Of a stretch of 64,000 nucleotides of DNA, positions 36,199 through 46,112 are shown one piece after another. Source of the stretch: a virus (taxonomy: Duplodnaviria; Caudoviricetes). Under the pieces are notes generated by a model that searched no databases, was not told where the DNA came from, and was given only the letters and a program-made list of their open reading frames with translations. Position numbers and translations under genes: made by a program. The number at the start of each line of letters is the position of its first letter. Positions within the stretch are counted from its first letter, which is position 1. The stretch is from positions 1 through 64,000 of IMG/VR virus record IMGVR_UViG_3300020049_016424; one strand, given 5' to 3'.

Positions 36199-36797
36199 CC
36201 GAGGTGTCCTTCACCATCACCGTGATGACCTGTCCGCAGCGGGCCGTGCGGGCTGCGCAGCTCGTGGCCGCCCTGAACGCCCTGGGCGGCGCCGCGGTCG
36301 CTACAGTGCTCGACGTAAGCCGGCTGGGGCCTCGAGCCTGCGCGGCGCGCGCTTGGGCAGGCGCAACGATCGGCACGACGCACCACATGGTGCTCCAGGA
36401 CGACGCGATCCTCTGTGAGGACTTCATCGAGTCCGTGCGCAGGGCGCTCGAAGCGGCGCCTGCGGACCTCATCAGCTTCTTCACCTCGAGTCCGTACGTA
36501 AACCTGGGCGCCGTGCCTCGGCTCCGGAAGCTCGCGGTGTTCGAAGGCGCGCTGGCACTCGCAGCGCCGAGCGCCCTGGCTCGTGACGTCGCAGGAGCTC
36601 TCGAACAGGCAACGTCGCAGGCCGACGACGCGGTCATCGGGACGTTTCTCCGATCTCGGAACCTGCAGTACCGCGTCGCGATCCCGAATCTCGTCGACCA
36701 TGCTCCGATACCGTCTACGGTGGGGCATCAGTACCAGCACTCGCGCACGTTCCTCGGAGCGCATGTGAGCGGCAAAGATCTTACGTGGGAGGTCTGA
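36195..36797 (+). CDS. GT-A-fold glycosyltransferase-like protein
   Basis: HHMVLQDDAILCEDF (DxD-like), ADDAVIG, PNLVDH; ATGA-coupled to the giant fibre gene. Confidence 0.7.
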   Translation: MTEVSFTITVMTCPQRAVRAAQLVAALNALGGAAVATVLDVSRLGPRACAARAWAGATIGTTHHMVLQDDAILCEDFIESVRRALEAAPADLISFFTSSPYVNLGAVPRLRKLAVFEGALALAAPSALARDVAGALEQATSQADDAVIGTFLRSRNLQYRVAIPNLVDHAPIPSTVGHQYQHSRTFLGAHVSGKDLTWEV

Positions 36798-37703
36798 GTG
36801 GCGAAGACAGGACGAATCCAGCATCCGCGTGACTGGCCTGCGATCACGTCGCTCGCGAACCTGCCGAACGTGTCCGGGTCGGCGACGCAGAGCGCATCGC
36901 TTGAGGTCGGGGATCTCTGCTTCAACACGGCAACCGAACTCCAGTACGTGTGTCGAACGGCCACGGTCGGGTCTGCGGTGTGGTACTGCCCACAGCTGCT
37001 CTGGGACCCGCTGGCGATCTTCCCGTCGTACGGGCACATCTACGGACCGTTCCAGGGCAACGGCTGCACTGACTTCCTGCATTCGTCCGGAGGTACTTAC
37101 CCATTTTCTACGGGTACGAACGGCGGCGCAGGGACTACGGTCCTGTCTACAGCGCCTCTAGCCGGGCGCTACGGCGTGTTGCAGCCACAAACAGGCACCA
37201 CCACCACGGGACAGGCGTACATCTCAGCTACCGGGGCCTCGATCGTACTGGGTAGCGGGCGTGTTCGCTGGCGGGGTGACGTGAATATCCCGACTGCGTC
37301 CGACGGCACCGAGACGTTCACCGTGTGGATGGGCATCAACGACGGCGCGGGCCTCGGCGCGGACTGCGCGTCGTTCCGCTACTCGCACACGGAGAACAGC
37401 GGCAACTGGACCGCGTTCTGCCGCTCGAACTCCGTCGAGACAGGTTCTGTGGTCAATACGGGTGTCGCGGCGGTGCACGCAACGAACTACGCCGCGCTCG
37501 AGATCGAAATCAACGCGGCGGGTACGAGCGCTGACTTCCGCATCAACGGAGCCAATGTGGCTACCATCACTACGAACATCCCGACAGGCACTGCGCGGGC
37601 TACCGGGGTCATCATGGCCATCGTGAAATCTGCTGGCATAACCAACCGCGTGTTCAATCTCGACCTCGCCGGCGTTCGCCCCGAACGCACCTCCCCGATC
37701 TGA
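36798..37703 (+). CDS. virion lectin/ConA-like protein
   Basis: N-terminal GDLCFNTAT..YVC...AVW module; beta-sandwich-like C-terminus (ADFRINGANVATITTNIP). Confidence 0.55.
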   Translation: MAKTGRIQHPRDWPAITSLANLPNVSGSATQSASLEVGDLCFNTATELQYVCRTATVGSAVWYCPQLLWDPLAIFPSYGHIYGPFQGNGCTDFLHSSGGTYPFSTGTNGGAGTTVLSTAPLAGRYGVLQPQTGTTTTGQAYISATGASIVLGSGRVRWRGDVNIPTASDGTETFTVWMGINDGAGLGADCASFRYSHTENSGNWTAFCRSNSVETGSVVNTGVAAVHATNYAALEIEINAAGTSADFRINGANVATITTNIPTGTARATGVIMAIVKSAGITNRVFNLDLAGVRPERTSPI

Positions 37704-37726
37704 GCCCTTCGCGCTATGCTCCCAGC

Positions 37727-38041
37727 ATGCCCATCGGCAACCCCTACATGACCGCCCAGGAAGTCGCCGTGTCGAACACGGCGTTTCCGGCCCTCAGCAC
37801 TCCTTCGCTCACCAACGACCGCCCCGGCAGCGTCTCGGTGGCGCACCTCGGCACCGCAGGCGACCCTGTCGTCTACGTGAGCTTCGACGGCACGACCACC
37901 GCGATGATCTTGCGGGCAGGCCTGCCCACCGCGGCGCAGTCGACGGAGGGCAAGTCGTACCGGTACGTCTGGCTCCGTGTCGCAAGCGGCACCGTCAACG
38001 TCTACGTGAACTTCGAAGACGCGGAAGCGAGCGGAGTCTAA
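37727..38041 (+). CDS. small beta-rich structural protein
   Basis: 104 aa, has its own -10 element. Confidence 0.6.
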   Translation: MPIGNPYMTAQEVAVSNTAFPALSTPSLTNDRPGSVSVAHLGTAGDPVVYVSFDGTTTAMILRAGLPTAAQSTEGKSYRYVWLRVASGTVNVYVNFEDAEASGV

Positions 38042-38044
38042 GCC

Positions 38045-38830
38045 GTGCGGTTCGGCGTCACAGCGAGCAGCCCGGGCCTTGGTGGCGGAGGGGGCGGCGG
38101 GCCTAGCCCTGCAGTGCCGGAGGAGATCGACTACCTGGTCTTCGACGACACCGACGGGACGCACTACTACGAAGCATCGTCTGCGGAGATGCGGGGTGGG
38201 AGCGACTTCGTGCTGGCGCTCATCTATCGCCCGTTGACGTGGGATCCGGGAACGATGATCGTGTCCGCGGGGAACCCCGACGCGGGCTCTCCGAACGGCT
38301 TCCACGTTCGGGAGTTCTACGGAAAGCTCGAGTTCAAGATCGCGCTCGGCGATACGACGACGTCCGATGTCGGGTACGCGGATGCGTTCTCCTGGTACGG
38401 GCTGCCGAAGTTCCGAGTGGAGCGCGACGCGCTCCACGTCTTCCGCGTCTACCAGAACGCGGCGGTCACCCGAATCGAAAGCTGGGTGAACGGCGCCCTG
38501 ACTCTTCGCTCGGACTCCGCATCCGGAGGATTCACGCCGGGTTCGAGTAACTTCCGCGTGGGCTCTCGCGGCTACTCGGTAGGGGGCGGTATCTCCGCGG
38601 TCGCATACAAGGCGGGCACCGTCACCGATGCAGAGATCGCGGCGTTCTTCGAGGCGGCGTATCGCGCGAAGAACCTCGTGGACAGTGGCATTGCGTGGGA
38701 CCACCGCTACACCATGGCAGACTCCCCTGCCAGCGCTGCGTGGGCGGACCTCGAGCCCAGCAGCCCGGTGAACCTCGCACGAGCGGGGGCACAAATGGCT
38801 ATCGAGACCCGTCTCGTACGGTGGGCCTGA
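38045..38830 (+). CDS. LamG/ConA-like lectin-domain protein
   Basis: HVFRVY...SWVNG...FRVGS...GGISAVAY...VTDAEIAAF pattern; Gly-rich N-terminal anchor. Confidence 0.6.
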   Translation: MRFGVTASSPGLGGGGGGGPSPAVPEEIDYLVFDDTDGTHYYEASSAEMRGGSDFVLALIYRPLTWDPGTMIVSAGNPDAGSPNGFHVREFYGKLEFKIALGDTTTSDVGYADAFSWYGLPKFRVERDALHVFRVYQNAAVTRIESWVNGALTLRSDSASGGFTPGSSNFRVGSRGYSVGGGISAVAYKAGTVTDAEIAAFFEAAYRAKNLVDSGIAWDHRYTMADSPASAAWADLEPSSPVNLARAGAQMAIETRLVRWA

Positions 38831-38858
38831 GCCCGCACGGTCGTGGTAGACTCGGTCG

Positions 38859-41800
38859 GTGATCAAGCCCCTATATTCCAATGACAAAGCCGTACCTGTT
38901 TCGTGGCTCGTGTACGTCAACGGGCTGCAGGTTCCAGCACAGGCTGTAAGCGTCTCGAGCGGCCTCGGGGCTATCCCGCAGGCCCAGATCTCGTTCGTCC
39001 CGGACCCCTCGCTGCAGCGCCTTGGCGCCGAGGACCGTGTGCAGGTTCAGATCTTTTACCTCGACGTGTGGGTCGGAGCTCCCGAGTACCGCCTGCTCTT
39101 CGACGGCGAGATCGTGGCCTGGGGCCACACCAGCACCACGGGCAGCCGTTCGCTCGTCCTGCACGCGGTCGACTACACCCAGATCTTGTCGCAGCTCTTC
39201 TTCTTCTTCATGTCGTCGTACGACGACCTCGCCATCGGGCTCTCGGGCCAGCAGCTCGGCGTGCAGGGGGCGACGGTGCAGACCGCAGGCTACGGCGCGC
39301 TCTACCCGTACTCGCTCTTCTCGCAGGGGCTCGCGTCCCCTGGAGACACCACGGCCTCGAATGCAGTCATCGAGCGCCCCATCGACTTCGCGTACAACAT
39401 CGTGCGCGCGCTCATCAAGGACCAGCACCCGAACAAGCCCATCCCCGCCGTGAACTTCTTCACGCCGTGGGTGAAGCGCACGAACTACCATCGACGCTGG
39501 GTGGCGCTGCCGTACCTCGACTCGGACCCCGGCGGCAATGTCAACGTCGGGGTCTTCCCCATCCTGCGCGCCGTGCAGAACGAGCAGGCTCTGAGCGCGG
39601 TCTCGCGCCTCGCGTCGAACGTCGGCTCCGGCGGGTCCATCTGGGCCATGCTCAACGAGATCCTCGGCACGATGATGATGGAAATCGCGATGATTCCGAC
39701 GCCTGCCTATGTGCGGACGGACTTCGCGAGTCTTCTGCCCAAAGCGCCGTCGAACGAGGCGAACGGCTTTCGTTTCCTCACCAACTACTTCATCAAGCCC
39801 CAGTTCTTCTTCGGGCTGCCCCCTGCGTGCAACGTCTTCTTCCCGTCTCAGATCGCGGCCTACCAGTACAACGAGAACTTCATCACGCAGCCGACGCGGA
39901 TGTACTTCAACGAAGAGGCCATCCTCGCGCACCTGAACGCGAACGGCGCGACGGCCGACGGGGGCCTCAACGCGATCTTCCAGGACACGCTCTGCACGGC
40001 GTACCCGGAAGAGGCAGACATCGCTGCACGCGACGCGGTGCAGAACCGCGGACAGAACGGCAAGAACCTGCTGGTCTACCCCGAGGAGTTCTTCAAGGGC
40101 CCCGTCATCGACCGCCGCGTGATGCCGCGCTGGTTCGTGTTCCTCGCCGATGCGCTCGCCACGGTGGGAGCTCCAGACAGCAACGCTGCGCCCGCGAACC
40201 TGCTCGTGGAAGACGACGAGGCGGGTCCTGGGTACCAGACGCGCCCCGTGACCCCGGCGGACAGTCTGAACGGGGCCGACGCGAGCCTCTACGGCGGCGC
40301 GCCGGGCAGCCCCAATGCCTACCGTGTGGGACAGTGCGTCGCGCCCCAACGCTGGATGCTCGGACAGGGCGTGGGCAGCGTCAAAGGCGGGCAGTACGGC
40401 CCCTTCCTGTGGGGACAGCCGCGCGGGCACAACGGGGAGCGCACGCACGACGGGCATGACGTTTCGGCCCCACTGGGATCGCCCGTCTACGCCACGGTGT
40501 CGGGCACCGTCTTCGTGAAGACCTGGAACGGGAACCGAGAAACACAGCCTGCGGGCAACTACGTGCGCATCCGCGATGGCGCGGAAGGCGAGCACTACTT
40601 CATGCACCTGCGTGAAGCGCCGCAGGAGCTCCAAGGGCGCCTCGTCGATGTCGGCGATCTCATCGGATACGTCGGCTCCACAGGGCGCTCCGACGGCCCG
40701 CACGTGCACTACGAGGTGCGGACGAACACGCAACACGCGCTCAACTACAGCACGCGGCTGCTCGCGCTGCGCTCGGGCAACCCGCCCGACTCCTCTCCGG
40801 TCACCTCAGCACAACCTGCGAACACGCCGCCTCCTGCAGCGCCGAGCCCGTCCGCGAACATGACGGACGCGACTTCGGTGCAGACGCCAGGCGCACCGTC
40901 GCGCGACACGTTGCGCAACCTCTTCTACACGTACGCGCAGTACGAGTACTACAAGGAGCGCTACGCGCGGCGTACGGGCGCGCTGTCGCTCGCGTTCAAT
41001 CCGTACCCCGTGCCGGGCTTCCCCTGCGCGACGTTCGATCGACGCTCGAGCGCATGCGACACCTTCGGGTACATCACCGGCGTCTCGCACTCGCTCACGT
41101 CCGGGTCCATGTCGACGGACGTGCAGTTTTCGCATGGCCGCACGTTCCAAGAGATGTTCGCGCTGATGCAGCGCGCGGCCGCGCTCACCAACGCACGTGT
41201 GGCGAACGACCGCGACGCTGTCGAGAGCGCGCTCGCGCGCCGCACGGCAGGCAGCACGGAGCAAGAGGCGCTCGAGCAGGTCTCGAGCCAGGCCCCCGCG
41301 GTGAATACGGGACATGACGACGTCACGATCGACACCGAGCTTAGCAGCTATGAGATCCCGCAAGGCGGCCTTGCCATGGCGCCGTCCGAACCCATCGCCG
41401 AAATCCGAGATGTCATCCAGACGTTCCGGCTCGCGCAGGAGTTTTACTCGGGGCTCTTCTACGGCGGCACCTCCGTAGGCGCAGACCGTCTGCGGCAAGA
41501 ACAGATGGCCGTGGAATCGTTCCCCGGCTCCGCGCGCCCTGTGGCAGTTTCCTATGCTCGCGCCGGCGAGCTCTACGCCGCGCAGGCCGTGGCAGGCTCC
41601 CAGGTGATCGGCACCGACGATCCTGCGCTCAGTGGCGCCCAGATCACGGAGTCGGTAGCGACGTTCAACGAGACGACGCGCACGGCGATCGAAGAAGCAA
41701 ACCGGCAGAGCGCGCAGGTGACGCAGTCGACCATTGCCTCCGCGGCCGTCGACTCGATTCCCACCAACGCGGTCTTCGACTACCGCGACATCATCGAGCT

Positions 41801-42854
41801 CGAGACCTTCGACGGCACCATCATCCCCGTCGAGATCGGGGGCCTCGACACGTCCACACGCACCCGCTTCCTGCAGATCGTGCGCGACGTGCGCCGCGGC
41901 GTGGCCTCGGAGACAGACTTGAACCTCCTGCGCGAGCGCCTGTCGGACACCACCATCAGCAACCCGGCTTCGGGCACCGCGGTGTCGGACTCGCTCAACT
42001 ACCTGCTCGTCGGGCTCGAGCGCGAACTCCGACTCACCGCGCCGTCCGTCACCGTTCGCGGCGACGTGTCGATCATCCCGCGTGCGTCGGCGAAACCGCT
42101 CTTCGAGAGCTTCGAAGCGGCCCAGAAGTACAACGCCCGCCCCATCGTCACGCTCGAGCAGTACATCGACTTCCTCGGGCCCGACGGGCTTCGAGAAGGC
42201 CCGCAGGAGGTCGCTGACGGCGTTCGGGATCGCAATCCTCAGGTGATGCCCGCGAAGTTCTACACGCGCATCCGCCGCTTCCGGCAGGGGCCTCCCGAGG
42301 TGCGGCCACAGTCGAACGTCACCGGCACCGCCGTCTCGACCGACGTGGCGGCAGGGCCGGGCGCTGCCGCTCCTACGCCCTCCACCGTGCGCGAGCTCCT
42401 CTCGCAGGCGCAGCTGACGGGGCTCGGCGAGCAGCTCGCAGGCGACGACTTCTCGGCGGCGCTCGCGCAGGCGCGTCAGAGTGCCGGGCTGCCGAACATC
42501 CCGATCGACCTCGAAGCCCGCACCGACCCCGTGACGTTGCGGGCTATCGTGAGAGACATCGATGCTGCGGCGGACATCGGAGCGATCGACCCTGCCACCG
42601 CACGGCGAGCACGAACAGCGCTCGAGAACGCAGCCCGCACCCTCGACGGCACCACCGCCGCGCCGTCGCCCTCTTCGGCACAGGGCGCAGGTAGTACGTC
42701 GAACACACAAAGCGCCCCTGCAGGTACCGACGGCGAATCCGTGTACGTCGTCGACGGAGTTCCTACCGATTTCCCTGAAACTCGTGCTAACTGGGATGCA
42801 GTGCTCGAGCGATACCGAGACATCGTGCTCAATCGCAAGGCGCCTCTCCCCTGA
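38859..42854 (+). CDS. baseplate hub-like protein with an inserted M23 peptidase
   Basis: Hub-like N- and C-terminal regions (LLFDGEIV; GYITGVSHSL); M23 motifs HDGHD (~40446) and GSTGRSDGPHVHYE (~40675-40715). Confidence 0.75.
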   Translation: MIKPLYSNDKAVPVSWLVYVNGLQVPAQAVSVSSGLGAIPQAQISFVPDPSLQRLGAEDRVQVQIFYLDVWVGAPEYRLLFDGEIVAWGHTSTTGSRSLVLHAVDYTQILSQLFFFFMSSYDDLAIGLSGQQLGVQGATVQTAGYGALYPYSLFSQGLASPGDTTASNAVIERPIDFAYNIVRALIKDQHPNKPIPAVNFFTPWVKRTNYHRRWVALPYLDSDPGGNVNVGVFPILRAVQNEQALSAVSRLASNVGSGGSIWAMLNEILGTMMMEIAMIPTPAYVRTDFASLLPKAPSNEANGFRFLTNYFIKPQFFFGLPPACNVFFPSQIAAYQYNENFITQPTRMYFNEEAILAHLNANGATADGGLNAIFQDTLCTAYPEEADIAARDAVQNRGQNGKNLLVYPEEFFKGPVIDRRVMPRWFVFLADALATVGAPDSNAAPANLLVEDDEAGPGYQTRPVTPADSLNGADASLYGGAPGSPNAYRVGQCVAPQRWMLGQGVGSVKGGQYGPFLWGQPRGHNGERTHDGHDVSAPLGSPVYATVSGTVFVKTWNGNRETQPAGNYVRIRDGAEGEHYFMHLREAPQELQGRLVDVGDLIGYVGSTGRSDGPHVHYEVRTNTQHALNYSTRLLALRSGNPPDSSPVTSAQPANTPPPAAPSPSANMTDATSVQTPGAPSRDTLRNLFYTYAQYEYYKERYARRTGALSLAFNPYPVPGFPCATFDRRSSACDTFGYITGVSHSLTSGSMSTDVQFSHGRTFQEMFALMQRAAALTNARVANDRDAVESALARRTAGSTEQEALEQVSSQAPAVNTGHDDVTIDTELSSYEIPQGGLAMAPSEPIAEIRDVIQTFRLAQEFYSGLFYGGTSVGADRLRQEQMAVESFPGSARPVAVSYARAGELYAAQAVAGSQVIGTDDPALSGAQITESVATFNETTRTAIEEANRQSAQVTQSTIASAAVDSIPTNAVFDYRDIIELETFDGTIIPVEIGGLDTSTRTRFLQIVRDVRRGVASETDLNLLRERLSDTTISNPASGTAVSDSLNYLLVGLERELRLTAPSVTVRGDVSIIPRASAKPLFESFEAAQKYNARPIVTLEQYIDFLGPDGLREGPQEVADGVRDRNPQVMPAKFYTRIRRFRQGPPEVRPQSNVTGTAVSTDVAAGPGAAAPTPSTVRELLSQAQLTGLGEQLAGDDFSAALAQARQSAGLPNIPIDLEARTDPVTLRAIVRDIDAAADIGAIDPATARRARTALENAARTLDGTTAAPSPSSAQGAGSTSNTQSAPAGTDGESVYVVDGVPTDFPETRANWDAVLERYRDIVLNRKAPLP

Positions 42855-42885
42855 GAGTTCCACCAGACAGCGGAAGGGGTATGTC

Positions 42886-43245
42886 GTGAAAGCTCCATCC
42901 CTCGAAGAGATCGACCGGAATACGTTCTACGCCGTCAAAAGCGTAGACAGCCAGCGAGCGCGTCTCGCAGCCTACGACAGCGACAAGGACCGAGATCGCC
43001 GTCGGGTCTCGAATCTGTGCGCGGCTTGCTACTACTTCCGCATCGGCGGCGTAGGCGGCCGTGCGATGACCGATCGCGACTGCGAGTGCTGCGGATCGAC
43101 GGTGACGTATACGTCGACCAACACCATGCGATTCTGCAGCGTGTGCGCCGACGCGCTGCACGTTTGTCGGCTGTGCGGAGCGGACGCCGAGCTTGAATCG
43201 CGCATCTCGGTTGCAGGCGTCGACCTGCCCGTTCGCCGGCCCTGA
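42886..43245 (+). CDS. Cys-rich zinc-binding protein
   Basis: CAAC, CECC, CSVC, CRLC; GAAGGGG RBS before GTG. Confidence 0.65.
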   Translation: MKAPSLEEIDRNTFYAVKSVDSQRARLAAYDSDKDRDRRRVSNLCAACYYFRIGGVGGRAMTDRDCECCGSTVTYTSTNTMRFCSVCADALHVCRLCGADAELESRISVAGVDLPVRRP

Positions 43246-43274
43246 CGTCACGAATCCGGAGTACACTGGCCAGC

Positions 43275-43958
43275 ATGAAGTCGGACGAGGATCTGTACAG
43301 CGCGTGGAAGCGGACGGGCATGCCGTCCGACCTCGAAGCGTTGGTGCGCAACCTGAACCCGCTCGTACAGGCTGAAGTGAACCGGCGTTCGGGCACGCTC
43401 GCGCGCGACCTTCTCGTCATCCAGGCGAAGAAGCTCACCGTTGACGCCATCAAGAGCTTCAACCCGAACGCGGGCGTCAAGATCAGTACGCACGTGACGA
43501 ACCAGCTGCAGAAGCTCTCGCGGGTGAACTACGCGCACCAGAACGCCGCGCGCATTCCCGAGCATCAGATGCTTCAGTTCCACACCGTGAACATCGCCAC
43601 CGAGGACTTCCGCGCGGATAACGGCCGAGATCCCTCCACCGAAGAGCTCGCCGACTCGCTGAAGTGGAGCCCGCGCAAGCTCGAGGATTTCCGCAAGCAG
43701 TTCGAACGTGGCGAGCTACTCGAGAGCATCGACACGCCCGCGGCGCTCTTCGTCTCAGAAGAGCACGACCCGCGCATCAACTACGTCTACTCGAGCCTGA
43801 CGCCGCGGCAGCAACAGATCTTCGAACTGACGACCGGCTTCCACGGCGTCAAGCGCATCCCCAACCCCCAGATCCAATCGAAGCTGGGCATCACGATCGG
43901 AGTGCTCTCGTATGAGAAAACCAAGATCAAAGAGGCCCTTCACAAGGTCTTGGGGTAG
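43275..43958 (+). CDS. divergent FliA/WhiG-like sigma factor
   Basis: DAIKSFNPNAGVKISTHV (region 2), GRDPSTEELADSLKWS (region 3), LTPRQQQIF...IQSKLGIT (region 4). Confidence 0.8.
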   Translation: MKSDEDLYSAWKRTGMPSDLEALVRNLNPLVQAEVNRRSGTLARDLLVIQAKKLTVDAIKSFNPNAGVKISTHVTNQLQKLSRVNYAHQNAARIPEHQMLQFHTVNIATEDFRADNGRDPSTEELADSLKWSPRKLEDFRKQFERGELLESIDTPAALFVSEEHDPRINYVYSSLTPRQQQIFELTTGFHGVKRIPNPQIQSKLGITIGVLSYEKTKIKEALHKVLG

Positions 43959-43979
43959 CGCGCACGAAAGAGGTGAGCC

Positions 43980-44204
43980 ATGCAACGGCCCGTGTCCACT
44001 GTGCTCTTCACGTTCCGGCATCTCGCAGGGGGCGTCGTGTGCTTCTTCCTCGAGCACCAGGTCGTCAGCTATCGAACCGTCCGAGGGTACGACTTCTGCT
44101 GCCCTCGCTGCGGATCTCGAGATGCGAAGGTCGTGAACCTCGTTCGAAGCGCCTACCGCGCACATCCGCGAGGGCAGGAGACGGTCTGGGGAGACGATGA
44201 CTGA
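43980..44204 (+). CDS. small Zn-ribbon protein
   Basis: AGAGGTG RBS; CPRCGS. Confidence 0.5.
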   Translation: MQRPVSTVLFTFRHLAGGVVCFFLEHQVVSYRTVRGYDFCCPRCGSRDAKVVNLVRSAYRAHPRGQETVWGDDD

Positions 44205-45648
44205 GACCACCTTCGGCGAGCAGGCTGTTGCGGCCAGCGACACGACCTTCACCCCCGACGAGCTCGCGAGCGTCGTCGCGGGAGGCTTCTCGCGCATCCT
44301 CGACGGACTCGAGGCTCAGACCGCGGTGCAGCGCAACCAGGCCGTGCCCGCGACGGCTGCGGCGACAGACCGATACGTGGCACGGACAGGGTTCGACTCG
44401 CTACTCCCGGGACGGGAGTTCCAGTACACCCGATCGACGATCGGACGCGGGTTCGCGCGCCCTTCGGAGGTCACACAGGCTGACCCCTCCCCCGTCGACC
44501 AAGTCGTGCTGCGCTCCTTCGGCTGGAGCATCGACCAGGCCGCGCTGCGCCTCGGTGCGCGAAGCATCCGGGTGGACTCGCTCGAGAGCGGACACAATCC
44601 GTACAAGATCTTCGCGCGCATTCAGGAAGCCACGCAGCAACCCCACCGCGCGCCCTCACACCTGATTTCACGTCGAGGAGACATCTACAGTCTCGTACCG
44701 TGGAACCGCGCTCCCGACTGCAACCTGAGCCAGGCAGCACGCAGCAAGCGCGTGGCTGACCGCGCCATCTCGATCGAGCTCGAGGCCTGGCACACAGGCT
44801 TCTACGTGCCGTACTCGAGCGCGACCGAGCGCACGTTCCGCATCACAGGCCTGATGCCCTACACCGACGCGCAGATGCAGGCGGTGGCTTTTCTGTTGCG
44901 CAAGCTCGGCGTCTGGTCGAACACCGACCCCACGACCTGCCTCGGGTTCACGATGAGTCAGATCGGGGCGCGACTCGGCAACGGCGGCAGCCACCAGGCG
45001 GGCACCGTGCTCGAGAGCGTCTTCAGCTCCCAGACACCGCAGAGCCCTGGAGGAGAGTGGCAGTTCCCCCCGGACTGGGTCCTCGGCGACCCCCTGCCCG
45101 GGCATCTGAGCGACCAGAGCGCAGCTTGGACGACGCGCTTGCAGACGTACTACACGGGACAGGGCGTCGCGGCAGGCACGGCCATCAGCCACTACAAGAC
45201 GATCAAGGACATCTACGACACGCTGCCCGTCTACGACATCGAGACGTCACTCTTCGAGGCGCAGAGCGCAGCCGCCGTCTACGTCGCGGACCCGGGGGCG
45301 CCCACGGCCTCGGCGCCGGCGAGCGCAGCGGCGGACGCGACGGGAGAGTCCTTCGCGCGCTCACAGCGTATGCAGGGCTCGCTCCGCAACCAGCTCTACG
45401 ACGCCATGTCCGTGGCGAACGAGGCAACCAGCACCGCGGTCGCACTACAGGCCATGCGCGCCAACGCGATGCGCACGGCCAAGATCTCGATTCCCGTCGT
45501 ACGCAACGCGCTCGCGTTCAACTTCGCAACAGGCGAGTGGAACATCATCGTGGGAACAACCACGCTGAACCCGAATCCTTCAGCGGTTGCTGACGCGCTC
45601 AAGGCTGCGGCTGCAGCGCAAGCGGCGCGCGGGCGCCCTGGCACCTAA
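44197..45648 (+). CDS. baseplate-region protein with a degenerate amidase_2 domain
   Basis: SHLISRRGDIYSLVP...AISIELE...YTDAQMQAVAFLLRKL; zinc-ligand His residues not evident. Confidence 0.55.
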   Translation: MTETTFGEQAVAASDTTFTPDELASVVAGGFSRILDGLEAQTAVQRNQAVPATAAATDRYVARTGFDSLLPGREFQYTRSTIGRGFARPSEVTQADPSPVDQVVLRSFGWSIDQAALRLGARSIRVDSLESGHNPYKIFARIQEATQQPHRAPSHLISRRGDIYSLVPWNRAPDCNLSQAARSKRVADRAISIELEAWHTGFYVPYSSATERTFRITGLMPYTDAQMQAVAFLLRKLGVWSNTDPTTCLGFTMSQIGARLGNGGSHQAGTVLESVFSSQTPQSPGGEWQFPPDWVLGDPLPGHLSDQSAAWTTRLQTYYTGQGVAAGTAISHYKTIKDIYDTLPVYDIETSLFEAQSAAAVYVADPGAPTASAPASAAADATGESFARSQRMQGSLRNQLYDAMSVANEATSTAVALQAMRANAMRTAKISIPVVRNALAFNFATGEWNIIVGTTTLNPNPSAVADALKAAAAAQAARGRPGT

Positions 45649-45659
45649 AAAGAGGACGT

Positions 45660-46112
45660 ATGGCCGACCGCTACGACATCCACTTCCAGTCGCTCACGCT
45701 CGAGGAAGCTCTCACCTCGAACAAGATCGCGACGTTCGGCTACGACCCTCCGATCGGTGTCCGCGGCATGCAGATGTGCATCAACCTGTGGCTCAAGATC
45801 TTGCTGACGCGACGTGGAAGCGACCCGACGAATCTCGCGCGCGGCACCGACTTCACGAACCTCATCGGCTCGAACGTCGACCTGAACATCGCAGAGGACG
45901 TGCTGCGCGTGGCGATCGACTCTGCGTCTTCGCAGCTGTCCGACATCCAGCGCAACGACACCACGCTCGCACCTAGAGAAAAGCTCGCCTCGGCCAAGCT
46001 CCTCGCGTTCATCGCGAACCCAGCAGCGCCGGGTTTCGATGCACGCGTGGAGATCTTGAACCAAGCCGGCGAGCGTCTTCTCGTGAACATCCCCGACTTC
46101 GCGCGGGGCTAG
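45660..46112 (+). CDS. gp25/GPW-like baseplate wedge protein
   Basis: WLKILLTRRGSDPTNLARGTDF motif; 150 aa; upstream of the J-like gene. Confidence 0.7.
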   Translation: MADRYDIHFQSLTLEEALTSNKIATFGYDPPIGVRGMQMCINLWLKILLTRRGSDPTNLARGTDFTNLIGSNVDLNIAEDVLRVAIDSASSQLSDIQRNDTTLAPREKLASAKLLAFIANPAAPGFDARVEILNQAGERLLVNIPDFARG

